This document shows positions 26,556-39,762 of a DNA stretch of 64,000 nucleotides, piece after piece. Made by a program: the position numbers and the translations under genes. Each line of letters starts with the position of its first letter. Within the stretch, counting starts at the first letter, position 1. Below the pieces are notes generated by a model that did not search any database, had not been told where the DNA came from, and worked only from the letters and a program-made list of their open reading frames with translations. This DNA comes from Camelus dromedarius. Taxonomy: Eukaryota. Where the stretch lies: the NCBI RefSeq assembly GCF_036321535.1, contig NC_087445.1:52328001-52392000 (forward strand). The letters are read 5' to 3'.

Positions 26556-26701
26556 AGTGGTACCTATGTGAGGTGATGGTGTGTGTTAACTAACCGTATT
26601 GTGGCAATCATTTTGCAATATATATGTACATCAAATTATCACGTTATATCTTTTAAATTTACACAGTGTTATGTCAATTATATCTTGATGAAGCTGGGAG
26701 G
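26556..26701 (+). mobile_element. 5'-truncated L1 3' end inside MER21
   Basis: tatgtgaggtgatgg...atgtcaattatatcttgatgaagctgg, with a diverged 17-bp TSD aaactcagccaaagaaa/aaaatcagctaaggaaa (14/17). Confidence 0.85.
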
Positions 26702-27150
26702 AAAATCAGCTAAGGAAAGAGACCCATAGGGCAGAGTCTGGGAGGGTTCCAAATGAAGCTTTTATTGTCCTCTCCATAGAGTTAGAAAGTGTTACCCTCT
26801 TGGTCTTGATGTGTGACAATACACAGAAAGTATTGCCAATCAGGGAATCTCACTTGAGCTTTATTCCAGAGTTCTTATTTGAGTATTATGTAGGTATGAT
26901 TCATTGCTCACATGGTTGAATCAATCTCCATGTTGACTGAAACAGAATGACCCATAGCCCCCACCTTAAATCATAAGGTTATTTTTTTCTGGCATAGCCA
27001 GCCCCCACTCTATTGGGTGTGGCTGGCCACACCCTAAAATCCAATGTGGTCAGCTTCCACAACAAAGATAGTCCTATCAGATATGACATAAATTACCTCC
27101 CAGAAGCCAAGAGAAAAAGCAAGATTTCTCTTTGGCAAAGCCCAATTCTT

Positions 27151-27824
27151 TTTTTTTTTTAATAACTAAATTTGATTTGATTTGATTTGTTTTTTATTGA
27201 AGTACCATCAGTTACAATGTGTCAGTTTCTGGTGTATAGCACAATGTCCCAGTCATGCATATACATACATATATTAGTTTTCATATTCTTTTTCATTAAA
27301 GGTTATTACAAAATATTGAACATAGTTCCCTGTGCTATACAGCAGAAACTTTTAAAAAATCTATTTTTATATATAGGGGCTAACATTTGCAGATCTCGAA
27401 CTCCCAAATTTATCCCTTCCCGTTCCCTTTCCCCGGTAACCATAAGATTATTTACTATGTCTGCGAGTCTGATTCTGTTTTGTAGATGAGTTCATAGTGT
27501 CCTTTTCTCTCTTTTTTTTTTAAGACTCCACTTACAAGTGATACCATATGGTATTTTTCTTTCTCTTTCTGGCTTACTTCACTTAGAATGACGATCTCTA
27601 NNNNNNNNNNNNNNNNNNNNNNNNNNNNNNNNNNNNNNNNNNNNNNNNNNNNNNNNNNNNNNNNNNNNNNNNNNNNNNNNNNNNNNNNNNNNNNNNNNNN
27701 NNNNNNNNNNNNNNNNNNNNNNNNNNNNNNNNNNNNNNNNNNNNNNNNNNNNNNNNNNNNNNNNNNNNNNNNNNNNNCTTTTTGAATTAGAGTTCCCTCC
27801 GGATATATACCCAGAAGTGGGATT
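27151..27824 (-). mobile_element. Lineage-specific 5'-truncated L1 (contains a gap)
   Basis: Poly-T/(ATTTG)n tail, L1 3' UTR, and tatatacccagaagtgggattg. 17-bp TSD ggcaaagcccaattctt/ggcacagtccagttctt (14/17). Confidence 0.9.
27601..27777. other. Assembly gap (177 N)
   Basis: Run of N inside an L1. Confidence 1.
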
Positions 27825-30319
27825 GGCACAGTCCAGTTCTTTACAATACACTTGACCATAAGAAAATACACTGTTTGTTATACTTCAGAGAGTAAGAAAA
27901 TAACTTGTGCTCCCTAAGTACCTGAGAGAAGGCAGGGAGAAGGGGATGTTGAGGGTGAGCTTGCTTTGGCCGAGTTCCAGGACTTGAAATCAATAAACAG
28001 GAGCCTGTGCCTTATGGCTAGCAAACAACAGGAAGATACTTTCAGATCCTTTACCCTCAGTGTTCTTTGCATATACTGACAGCCCCCAAGCACAGTCCCC
28101 CCAGCTAGATACCTCTGGCTTCTTTTTCCCCACTTGTGATCGAAATGAGCTCTTTTTGGATCTGGAATATGTCATCCAGTGTCTTTTATTCTTCCAAGCT
28201 CTTTGTCTCATTCACATTTATAAGTGTGCTTTCTCGCTCATTTATAGATAAAACTTTGAAGAGAACAGATCAAGGACAAACTTGTGGTATTGAATTAAAA
28301 TTTATTTTAAAACTTTGAGAATATTTGTTCAACCAGTTCTCATTCCATCTTCTTTGTAGAAATAACAGAACAGGAGAGATAATAGTAAAAATGTTTGTAT
28401 TCCTGGGGACTGTTTCAGGTCTGCTGCAGCCTATTATCAAAGATTCGTAGCCATGGGTATATGACCCTGAACTTTTTCATAATCTTGTTCTTTATGAAAA
28501 GACCTTGGGACTACACTCTGGTGTTCCCTTCAGATTTTAGTGGCAGCCAAAGGCATAAATAGGATTCCTGCATGTTATAACTCTGCCTTGGTCTCATTTA
28601 TTGTTTGTATTAGTGGAATCATAAAAATAGCTTTAAACAGATTCATTAAACCTACTCAGCTCTCTAAAAATCACCTCAATTTGCACTATTTAAAAGCCCT
28701 GTAGCTACTTATCAGAGATCACAAAAGTTGAAAGATAACGAATGTATTTGATTTTGCCTAATTTGCTATCATAGCAATAAGGAGTGTTGACAAAAGGAAA
28801 TTCCCAGTACACCCAAAACAAATCTCTTTAGAATGTTTTCAATTCATTGCATATTCATTGAATAACTTTGTCCTAGAAAAGAATAATTTCCATTTATCAC
28901 AAGACTACATTAATACATCTATTAGTCCAAGTAGTATTTATCTTGGAGTATCTTGCCTTGATATTTATATCTGAGGATATTTGGAAGGCTTCCATCACAT
29001 AGAGGTTTGCAGGGCTATCATGGTAATGTGAAATAAAACAGCTTGATTATATAGTTATATAACCATTACACTAACAGAAATGAATGATCATGATAAAATT
29101 TAATGTTGAAAGGACTTTAGGCAGTATATTTACTGCTGGTAGCACTGTTAGAAGATTTAGTATTTCTACAAAACCATTAAATATTATCCAAAATGAGTTA
29201 AAAATTGTCTATGTCTTTTGATGAAGAGTTTATCAAAAGGAAAAAAGAAATTCAATTTTAAGTCATTCACTGAATTTCAGGGTTTTTTTTTTAATATTGA
29301 AAAATTGGAAACAACCCAAATCTCACTTACAGAGAATAGTTAATTAACTTATAATACATGATTATTATGGGAACTACGGCATTTGAGGCTGTTTGAGGGT
29401 AGTTTGCATTGCTTCCAAAATCTGACTGTGTATCCTAATCATCAAGGGAGCTTTTCACTTCTCTGTCTGATACACCTTCTTCATAGATAATGCATTTGTC
29501 TGGAATTCATGTCATAGAGGTGATAAATGGGATAGGGAATATAAATGGGCCTATTGGCAATATTTGCCCTTGTGGTTTGGTGGGAAACTGCACAGAAATG
29601 ATAATCATTTGGTTTGTAAAGTTGCTCCCCACACATGAGTACGTAATTATTTTCACATATCCCTGCCATACTACATCAGGATGAAGAGCATCCTTTCACT
29701 GAGCTCTGTAGCACAGTGATGCGAGGGCAGCGGGCTCCTCTACAGAGGCAAAGAGTTGGACATCCTGCCTGTCCACTGTACCAGGCTGTTTCCCCCACCC
29801 CAAACTAACTGAGTTAGTAGAACTTAGCCTAGAAAATGTGAACATTAAACACTCTTTCTAGGGTTTAAATGTCAAAGAGCTATTAAAGAGCTCATATTTA
29901 AGTGTCTTCCTAAACTAAGACCAAGGAAGTAGACCATTTTATTTCAGATTGCCTGTGAGAAGCTATAACTATATGACATAGTAATATATAGCTCTATATG
30001 TAGAGCTACAGGCCCCCTCCCTCTTCCCCTTTCTTAATCTCTGTGCTAATGGTGGTGCTACTGCTGATACGGTTTTACCTACTACTATCTGAAGACTAGC
30101 TGGTCTTTGATCAGTGGACTTCCTAGTTGGAAGAAAAAGTCTGTCTTCCCCTTATTCCGTGTACACAGATATTTGTGCAAGACAGAGGACTAGCAAGCAT
30201 CCAGGTCAGAGGTGAATATCCCTGGGTTAGTCCCTAGGCACTGGGTAGATAACTGAATTAAGTGGACCCTTGATGGTAAGATTCTTCAGTCAGGCTTCTT
30301 TAATCGCATTTGAATCACC

Positions 30320-30337
30320 TGCCACTGGAGGGCACTA
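30320..30337 (+). promoter_or_regulatory. CTCF-like motif TGCCACTGGAGGGCACTA
   Basis: 13/14 match to CCASYAGRKGGCRS. Motif match only. Confidence 0.45.
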
Positions 30338-32034
30338 TTAGAATGGCTATGGGAAAAGGTACCTTAGAATGAAACACTAGCCTTCAATGGCTACTGGGCA
30401 AAAGGTTAGAGTGGGTGAGCGGGTGGCGGGGGTAATACTGAAAGCTAGGGAGCTTGGCACTGAAAGTTTTGAGAAGATTTCCCCCCATGCTTAATAAAAT
30501 GTGCAGGTCCCCCACAATCCCCTGAACCCCAGGGAAGGTGAGGTTGAACTGCAGGGACTTCAGAGGTGCTGTTGTGTAGTCCACAGAGAATGTTTGAGAA
30601 TAACAGCTCCAATTCATCTTTCAAATGATGCTGGAGGCTGGGGTGGTGAGTGAACAGAATTCTGAACTAGGCTGGTCTCAGAAGCTGAGTCACATGACGG
30701 GAGTAGGCTGAGAGGTCCATGACAAGGAGGACTGCTGTGAGAGCCAGGCAGGGTGCCCTCCTTACAGTACAAAGGTAGTTCCTGTGGGTGGGCAAAGTAC
30801 AGGAACGTGAATCAAAGTGAAGGATCTGCAACAATGATCAGGCAAAAGGGAGTGGTAGGAAACAAGAGAATCCTTAAGTTTAGATAAGAGCACTGTTTCA
30901 CAGCCGTGACTTACAATTAAAACAAGTTTACGTTTGTGGTGAGAAGCAGCTAAATGCAAGAGTGTTTTTTTTTTTTTAAGTTAGAAAGGAAGAAAACTAC
31001 ATGTATATTTTCAAGTTTTAAGCATTTTCTGTTTTGCTAAGAGTTGAGATTTGAATATAGCTTTGGTGCAAATTATGCCTTTGTTTTTGAGGAACCAAAG
31101 TAAAATTTTTGTTACGTGAAAGTAAAATGGAGACAGAAGGTTTTTGTGAGGCACTGTGATTTGAAGGAAGTAAACTGCTCTGTGGTATTCCTAGAGACGG
31201 TCTATATGATAGTCAGGGTTGTACAGCTGTAGCTGTATCCTTGACAGAATTATGTTTATTTTAAATATGGATCTAGAATGAACTACGTCTCAAAGTTGCT
31301 GCTTTATCTTATGAACAGAGATCCTGCTGGAAGGCTGTACAGCAGGTCTAGTCTTTACCTTGAATTATAGAAAAGAATGAGACTTGGTTTGGATAAGCTG
31401 AAACTGGACTGATTCAGCCTTTACTGATGCTGGATTGTTGGGCTCTAGTGCAGCTCAGGATCACAGGGGTGGCTCTCACATTTCCTTTGAAGGTAATTCA
31501 GTCGTGTTATCAATCATCCTTGGAAGAGACTGGTCTGGATACAGGAAACAAGAAGTGGGGATAAGGGTGGGGTAGATTGAAGGTAATCTGGCTTCTCTTT
31601 ATTGTGGAGACCACCTGGGATGATTTGGGGCCATGTGGGACTGTCCAAACCCAAGGATGGATCTAGACCTTTGAGTTCTAATAAGAGACATACCTGTCAG
31701 TGGTTATAAGTTACCCTCTGAGGTCTGCGTCTCTTTCATTTCCCTTAAATTTTCAGTAAAATCCATTAAAATTGCAGCCTGTTTTAGCAGTGCTGTTCAT
31801 GCTTGGGACGAAGCAGCATAAGGGAGAGTAACAGACACTGAAGGGAAATGGTAACCCCAGCCCTTCAGGCAGTGATCTACAGCAGGACCCGGGGTTGAGG
31901 CAGTAGGTGAAAATAGGACTTAGCTGTGGAACATTTAATTGCCCTCTAGGGATGGCCCTCTTGGTCATATTTGTTGTAACCTGTTAGGAGGGCAGTTAAG
32001 CAGGATGAAGACTTTAACTCATTACAACAGAAAT

Positions 32035-32555
32035 GATGGCTTCCATCAATGGCTTCACACTAGAGTTAAAATCCTACTCAAAGCCCACCAGGCCCTCTCC
32101 ATCATCATCTCAGGTTATTCCTTCTTCTTACGTTTCTGGCAGCCTGGCTTCTTTCTGTTTCTTGATCAAGCCAGTCTCTCTCCAGCTTTGGGGACATGGC
32201 CATGTTGTCACCTCTGTATAGGAGGCTCTTTCACTAGCATTGTTTTCTTTTTCTCATGCTTCAGAGCTCAGCTTTACTGGCAACTCCTTAAATGGGCCAC
32301 CCTGACAACAGTATTTAAGTGTATTCACTTTTCTCCTTCCCTGCTTTTCTCTCATAGTGATTTATTCATTTCATTCACAGTACTTCAAACTGTAAATATT
32401 ATATTTGTTTATTAATTATCTATGTATCCCATCAGACTACAGAATCCATGAAGGCAGGGGCTCAGACAACTTAAATAAGCACCACGTAATAAGGTCCTAA
32501 CTGTAGTTCTTTGATCACAGTAGGTCCTTGATACAACATTTTGACTAAATAAATA
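32035..32555 (+). mobile_element. L2 LINE 3' portion
   Basis: caatggcttcacactagagttaaaatcc...ccatgaaggcagggg...cagtaggtccttgatac...taaataaata. Confidence 0.8.
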
Positions 32556-35500
32556 GTGTACTTAATGAAAACATGACTTCATTTTAGTTGTCAAACTTGC
32601 ATGGCCAAAGGACAATTAGGTGATGTAATGCTTACCTCTAAAAGTTATCAGTCTTCTATCTCCATACATTTTTTCTGTTTGTACAGATGCCATAACTTTT
32701 AAGAGAAACTTGCTTATCCATTTGCCATATGCCTAATGGCATGTAAAGATTAATCCCATCTTTTCAGCACTTCTCAAGCAGTTGCACGGGAGTCTGCTTA
32801 CTTTACTTTTCTGCTCTGTTATAGCTCCACTTTTGTTTCTTCCTGCTTTTAGTCTGGGACTTCATCAGCCAACTTTGAAGCCACCTGTGACCTCAGCTTT
32901 GGTGTTTGCTTCTGGTTTTCTCAACCTCAACTTTTAGTCTTCTCTAAGGCCTCTGGACAATTTCTATTTCTGGCTGTCTCAGGTTTATTACCTTGGCTTA
33001 GCTATGGGTCAGGACCTGAACTCCAGTACATCTTGTCTGATCTCTGTTTGATCCCTAAACATATTGATTGCCCAGCTGAGGAAAGCCAGAGTATTTCTTG
33101 CTCAGAAGGTATGGTGTCTTCAGCAAGTGGGTATATATATCATAATTATGTCCTAGGTGTCTATAATACAATGACAGCACTGTATTCCTCCTCCCATCGC
33201 TTCTTTCTTCCTCTCTCTCTTGGTCATCACTCCATTTATATTAGATCACCCCTGCATTTTTGAACTTGGTTAAAGCACCACACTAGGGGCCGGGGTTTTG
33301 ACTTTCTGAAATGTCTCAAGGACTGAATAATGGAACATGGACGTGCAGGGAATTTCTCCATGATAAGAACAATGTGAAATGTGAGACAGGAAGGAGCTAG
33401 GCAAAATTCCTCTTCTTTCTTCCTTCTGTTGGCTACTCCAAGACTCACTTCCCCTTTGAAGCCCTCTGGGAGAAATCCTGAATATTGAGTGGGTGTTCCT
33501 CCTGAATTATCTACTGTGTCTTTTTGTGGGCTATTGTGAAGGGAAAGCATGTGTGGTAACACATAGTATTGTATTACACCCCCTTCTTCCTTTCTTCACT
33601 TCCCTTTTCTCTTCCCCATGACCCCTGTGCTTCCACTTCCTAGATAAAGTATTGGTGACTTAATCCTTTCTTCATTCAAGTTTAAACTGGGTACTGTGTC
33701 CAGAATGGGTCAGTAAAGCAGAAATTCTGGTGAAGAGTAAGTAAGACGAATATACGAAGCTGAATGAAGGAGTAGCAGATTCTAAAGTGTGGCTTCAAGG
33801 GAAATGGTCTAGATGAATTAAAATTGAAGTACAGGCTTTTATACACTTCTAGAATGTATTCCAGTGGGAATCTGGATAAGAGTATGTGAGTCAGATATGA
33901 ACTTTTAAAATAGTACGTAAAGTAATATACGTAAATAACATTGTGAGTAATGGAATCTTCCAATAATTTGGATTAATCAACCATTTGAAGCTTTTCTCCC
34001 CAATGAAAAGAAACTTCTTTTTTTTTTATTATATAGGATTTCTTTTATATAAAGCTGTCATACAAATGATGGCTATCAACAGTTTATGTTAGAGACAGCA
34101 CTTTTTTTTTTTGCAGGGTATGAGGGGAGTCTCTAATTATTAATACATATGACTTAAACAGTGCAACTCCAACTTATTAGGGGAAATATTTGCGTCCTTG
34201 GGTTTTTCTGCATTAGACAAGAGAAGGATGACAAAAGATCCTTTTATGAAGGCCAAGTTGTATCTTCCAAATAGGTCTCCCATGAATATTAGTAGACATA
34301 AGTCTTATTTTTGGTGCAAGCAATGGTTGACCTCCATTATTCTACTCATTGTGCCTGAAACACCTTATCTATAGATGCATAATCAAAATAATTGCCTATC
34401 TCTCTAGAGTTCCATGAAAATTAGATAATGTCAGCAAAAGTGCTTTTAGCTGTTATGGTGGTATTATGACCTTTATTCTCCACTTAGAATTAGTCTTAAA
34501 ATAGTTTCATGATAACCTCTCATTAAAGTTTTTGAGTCTGTTTCAAGCCAGTGATATGGAAGGGCAGTAGCAGTAGACTGTATCAAATAACTAATAGGTA
34601 GTGTTTAGAGACAGGAAAAGAGGAAAGAAACTTCAGAAGAAAGTTGTTAAACTTTTGACATGAAAGTTGGCTGGGGTGTGAAAAAAGTTACCTTTCAAAT
34701 GTACTAGTCCTCCTTCCTTCCTTCTTTGCCTGATCAGTTCCTTGGTGGTGTAAATTCAGAATGGGAGGAAAGGGGAAAAGAACTAGAGGTGCTCTGGGGA
34801 AGGAGCTGAGAGATGAATTTTTTCCAGGTAGTTTAGGAGTATTAGAAACAAGAAAGTAGATGAGATGAGTGAAGGAAGTGCTAAGGAGGGGAAACATTTT
34901 TTAAAAATGAAATTATTCTCATGTATTTATTTTAATGGGTAAAAAAAAAACAGCAAAGAATTTGAGTGATTACAAATTATTTTTTGGTTTAGAAACTGTG
35001 TATCATGAGTGATTGTAGGTTTTTTTTTTTAATTTGAGTCTAATGTTCTTAAAATGAGTTAGAGACCAGGAAGGCAAAGTAAAAATAGGAAAAAGAAAGA
35101 GAAGCAGGCACATAAACAGTGAGGAGTATAAACTGTTACTGCTCCAGTAGAAATACATAAAGGTATTTAGGGGGCAGTGGGGAAGGAGTCACCATTTCTG
35201 TAGGGAAAGGGACAATTAAAGGGGCTATCACAAGGCCAGTTTTAAAAAGTAAAATACACAAAAGCCTTCTTCTTTCCCCTCATTGTCAAAGAGAAATATT
35301 ATATAAACCCTTCAATGATCTTAAGTATTGTGATTAAAATATTTTGTTCCACCTGCTCATGAGGGGCTCAGAAAGCAATCCATATGAGGATGAACTGTTA
35401 TTTAAAATTTTTTTTTTCTTTGAGAAAGCTTAGTTTTTCCAGTATCTCACAGCATCTGCACAGTGTGAAATTACTGTAAAAATGAGTCACTTGATTCTGT

Positions 35501-35914
35501 TACAGTCATCTGCTGTTGAGACGCAGGGAAGATGATATCCCTCAGTTCATGGGTAGACTCTCCACAGTTTCTGGAGGTGCATGTTAATTATCAGTCTGGA
35601 GGCTGGTCTAGAAGAGCCTGGAAATCCACTTGTCAGGATATTGTGGAGGATATACAATATCAGAGAGCAAGCTGGATTAGAGAAACACGGGTGAATTTCC
35701 AAGTTACATGTTTATGCTTTTATGAATATTTTTACACCAGTGGTTACTGATTTTAAATTGTAATTGAAACACCTTCTTTCTCATTATAAAAATGCATTTT
35801 TCATAATGTCACATAATTTTTAGACAATAAAAGGAAAAGCAAGAAATCATTCATAATCTCTACACCAAGGAGAGCTCCCTTCCTCCCTCCCTTTCTTTGC
35901 TATCATGTAAAAGG

Positions 35915-36375
35915 GGTGTAGTAGTATATTCACAGCAGAATGTCGGGGTTCAGATTCTTGTTCTGCCATTTATTAATCACATGACCAAGGCAAGTTGCTT
36001 TGACTTCTCTGTGCCTCAGTCTTTTCATCTATAAAATACAGTGCCTACTGCCTGGCCTTGTTATGAAGCTTAAATAAGTCAACATATGAAAAGCATTTAG
36101 AAGAATATCTGGCTCATTACATATGTTATGTAAGTATTGGCTGTTGTTATTAGTGGTTAAGAACACAGGCTACTGAGCCAAACTGCCTGAGTATGAATCC
36201 CTGATCTACCTATGATGTGATTTTGAGTAAGTTCAATATATCAGTGCCGTGGCTTCATAATTCCTAAAATAGGGGTTGGAGCAGGAGCTACTTCTTGGAT
36301 TGTGGGGAAGATTAAATGAGTTGATGTAGATAAGTCACATAAATCAAGTAAGCATCTAATAGATACTAGCTACAT
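35915..36375 (+). mobile_element. Two tandem MIR SINEs
   Basis: caaggcaagttgctttgacttctctgtgcctcagtcttttcatctataaaat, followed by a second head agtggttaagaacacaggc. Confidence 0.8.
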
Positions 36376-36384
36376 TACTCATTT

Positions 36385-36950
36385 AAATATATTTTGAGTG
36401 CAGTATACAAGAAGCCTTGCTACGTGTAAGGAAACAAGAAAGATCAAATCTTTCTTCTCCTGATATTTATAGACCATTGAGTGTCATACTTTCAACAAAC
36501 AAGTATTATTTAAATGTAGTGAGAAATGTAAATGAGAAGAATGGAGAGCTATTAGAGGAACGGGTGTAGTGATCAGGGAATGTTTCTTTGAATGTGTGGT
36601 GATTTGACCTGACCTTTGAGTCTGAGTAGCAATTCCTAAGGTGAGAGGAGGTGTGTGTGTGTGTGTGTGTGTGAATAGAAAGGGGTTGGTGTGGCTTACA
36701 GAAGGAAGCTGGATTGGGAGACCATTCCAGCAACCTGAGTGGCAAGAATCAGGGCATATAAAAACATTCCCAAAGCCTAGAGAATAGTGGGGGAGAGTAA
36801 TGTGAGATGGCCCTGCTGATGTAAGCTGAGTCCTTAACAAGGAAGACTTTGAGGGTCATGTTGAGATAGTCAATGTTTTCCTAAATGTAGCAAGAAACTA
36901 TTGAAGTCTTCTAAGCAGAGGGGTGAGATGACCAATGATTGCGTGTTAGT
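36385..36950 (-). mobile_element. L2 LINE fragment containing a (TG)n microsatellite at ~36651-36672
   Basis: Antisense L2 pattern (gtgatcagggaatgtttc...gagatagtcaatgttttcc) and a TG run. Confidence 0.6.
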
Positions 36951-37823
36951 ATTAATCACTCTAGTTTTAAGTTTGTGGATATATGTACATATTCACACAT
37001 GCATTTAAAAAAATTACTATCATTGAGCAAACAGTACTTTTTAACCAAATTTTTAATTTAAAATATAGCCCATTTTCCCATTTTGTTGATTATTCTTAAA
37101 TAATTATTTTTAATAACTACATTGAATTACACTGTATGGATGAACCATAATTTACTTTAAAAATATTCTTCTTGTGGCCATTAGGCTGATTCTAATTTTT
37201 TGATATAAAGAATGCAGTAATGAACATACTCCTCCTCAAATTCATGCGCTCCTTTATGTAGGCATAATGTTTGACCCTAAACATAGAGTATAAATTCTGG
37301 ATTTTCCTCTGAGAAACTATTTGCTATTAGAATTCTTCCTTTGAGTTCATTGTAACTTGGAGAGTTGGCTAGTGTAAACACACCATATATTATCTATGGG
37401 GTGTTAGAAGTTTCAGGGGAGAGGAGATGGGTTTGAGTCTGGGGCAGCCCTATCAGGACTTACCCAACATGCTTTTTTCTGTGCTATTACTTCAAGCTGC
37501 TGCACCAGACCTATTATCCACTTTCAATTTTCTGTTGCTCAGGCTCCAGACTAGCCTAATTGTCCAGCCTCCTATTTTGTGCTACCATTACTTCGAAGAC
37601 AAGACTCTGGTTTTTTGTTTGGCAAAACTGCTACATGTACTCTGTGGTCTTCTATCACCCTTACTTTCAAATGCTGTTGACCCACAGGAAGAAAATAGAG
37701 TCCAGGGGCATTTGCTCTCTCTCTAGAGCATGACATTGGCTTTATATGCATGATACCAGGCAGCATTTCTTCAAAGTTGGTAACATTTAGATGACACTTT
37801 TCCCTAATTCCTGTGGTTAACTG

Positions 37824-37875
37824 TTTTTTGTTTTTTTTTGTTTTTGTTTTTGTTTTTGTTTTTGTTTTTGTTTTT
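37824..37875. repeat. (TTTTG)n simple repeat
   Basis: Direct observation. Confidence 0.95.
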
Positions 37876-38084
37876 TCCCCATTTCTATTCCTTAGTAAAT
37901 TTACATGGAGTTTGGAGAGGTAATGCTGGGCTTACATATACATCTTCCTCCCAGCCCCCCACCACTGTAATAATATTTAAATGTTGCTTTTAAGTGGCTA
38001 TAATTAAAAAATAAAGTCCTTAGTTTTGACCTGAGGTCTTTACTTATGTGCCTATTAGTCAAAAATTAATAGGCTCATCGTTAA

Positions 38085-38780
38085 ATGCAAAAGTGCTGTG
38101 TGACTTTTGGCAAACCATCTACCTTTTCTTGTACTCAAATTTCTCATTCATCAGTTGAAAGTTGCAATAACAGGTTCACTAAACTTAAAAGAAGTTGGAA
38201 GGCTTGAAGGCTATGTGTCATTAAATATATATTGTATTCTATAAAGCCATCATCTATTCCAGCATCCTTCCTGTTACAAAGAGTCTGATTTTTTTCTTTC
38301 GCTTTGAAAATCTAAAATGACCTTGATCCTCAACCCACTTATTTCACCCTCAAACTTGCATTTGAACATTGTGGAAGCCTCTCAGTACAGGGAATAATTC
38401 ATTGTCCTTGAGGAGCTCAGAGTGAGGGAGGAGGCATCCAGGTACCAAGACCTATTATAATTCAGCATGAAAAATGCCATAGCAGATGAGGAACAAATCA
38501 TTAAAGGAGATTGTGTTTTCTTGTCACACAAACATGTCCAATACAGATGAGGTAATTGCACCTTGAGATTCTAAATTAAAGGCAATATTTAAACAAAGAC
38601 TTTAGAGACAGACAGAAAGGTATTTGCATCACTGATGCATGGTTAACTGGCATTGGCAAAGCCAGTTTTAATCCCTCTAAGCCTCAGTTTCCTTTTTTTT
38701 TTCTTTTTAAAAATCAAGGTAGTTAATGTCTACTTAGTAGAGCTCTTGTAAAGGTCATACTTGCATGAAAAGTGTCTGCC
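38085..38780 (+). mobile_element. Two MIR fragments (~38085-38225, ~38640-38780)
   Basis: tgtgacttttggcaaacc...tttctcattcatcagttgaaa and ccctctaagcctcagtttcc. Confidence 0.65.
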
Positions 38781-38819
38781 AGAGTAGCAGCAGATCTCCA
38801 AATAGAGATTTTGGTCCTT

Positions 38820-39088
38820 GTTTATTTACTTATTCAATAAATATTTGAGTGCCCACTAGGTGTTGGAAATAGATAGGGGAATAAGACACACAATGTCCTC
38901 ACAGGGCTTAACATTACACAGAAAGAGAATTGGGTAATATACAAATAGGCAAATAAATAATCCAAATAATTACAGGCTGTGATATGAGCCATGAAGTAAA
39001 TAAAGAAGATTATATGAGAGAAAGTAAAAGGGTGGGCAGGATGGGGCGGGTATCTTTGGATAGGTTAGCCAAGGAAAGTCATTCAGAG
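38820..39088 (-). mobile_element. L2 3' fragment, host of the MER41-like LTR
   Basis: ttcaataaatatttgagtgcccactagg...ttagccaaggaaagtc. Confidence 0.75.
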
Positions 39089-39740
39089 TGAGACAGGATG
39101 GAAGGGGGCAGGGCACAGCCATTCAAGGAATGACAGCAATTGAACACCAAAATGGTGGAAGATTCAACTCCCAGTTGACCTTCAGGATTAAGATGGCAGA
39201 AGGTTTGACTTCTAGTAGACCTTGAGTTTCATTATATGCTCATTGTAACATATTAGTGTGATCAACAACATGCCCACAGGCACCATGACAGTCCCAAGGC
39301 TAACTGCAAAAGTTCAAAGAGTGGGCGGTGGCCAGATTCCTGGGAATCCTATCCCCTTCCCCAGGGTAGTTGGAATGGCCCCACCTGTAGGCATGTGAAG
39401 CTACCAAGCCCATAAAAACTGGCAACACCTCACCTGGCTGCCCTTTTTCACTCCCTCCCCTTCGGAGACGACCCACACTCTTGTCTATGAAGTGTGTATA
39501 CACTTTTAGTTTAACCTGAGCACCCAACTCCCACATTTCTTTCCTTGCCTTCCTCTTGCCTTCCATTCTATTCAGTATGTATCTCTCTAAATAAATCTAC
39601 CTTTACTTAATTGTGGCTTGCACTTGAATTCTTTCCTGCGTGAAGCCAAGGACCCGTACTTGGCAGGACACGTCCAAGAGGCTCAGCCAAGACCTGGGAC
39701 ACCGCCCTCCTCACGCCCCACGTCTGGTTTTCCTGCATCA
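39089..39740 (+). mobile_element. ERV1-class solo LTR, MER41-like
   Basis: TG...CA termini and an exact 4-bp TSD AGAG (39085-39088, 39741-39744). CATAAAAA at 39411, AATAAA at 39590-39595, and MER41-like U5 ttgaattctttcctgcgtgaagccaaggaccc. Confidence 0.9.
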
Positions 39741-39762
39741 AGAGGACTTGGCTTTTTTCCCC

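Larger units (their letters stand above)
26343..27850 (-). mobile_element. MER21-like solo LTR interrupted by two L1 insertions
   Basis: MER21-type motifs (agactgcccttgcttctgac, catagggcagagtctgggagggttcc, aattacctcccagaagccaag). The LTR terminus ttctttacaataca resumes after the second L1. Confidence 0.8.

Noticed and set aside
25443-27871. ORFs spanning N runs
   Set aside because: Artefacts of assembly gaps within or next to L1.
32780-33700. Possible old ERVL-class LTR/internal sequence
   Set aside because: Could not define termini, TSD or family with confidence.
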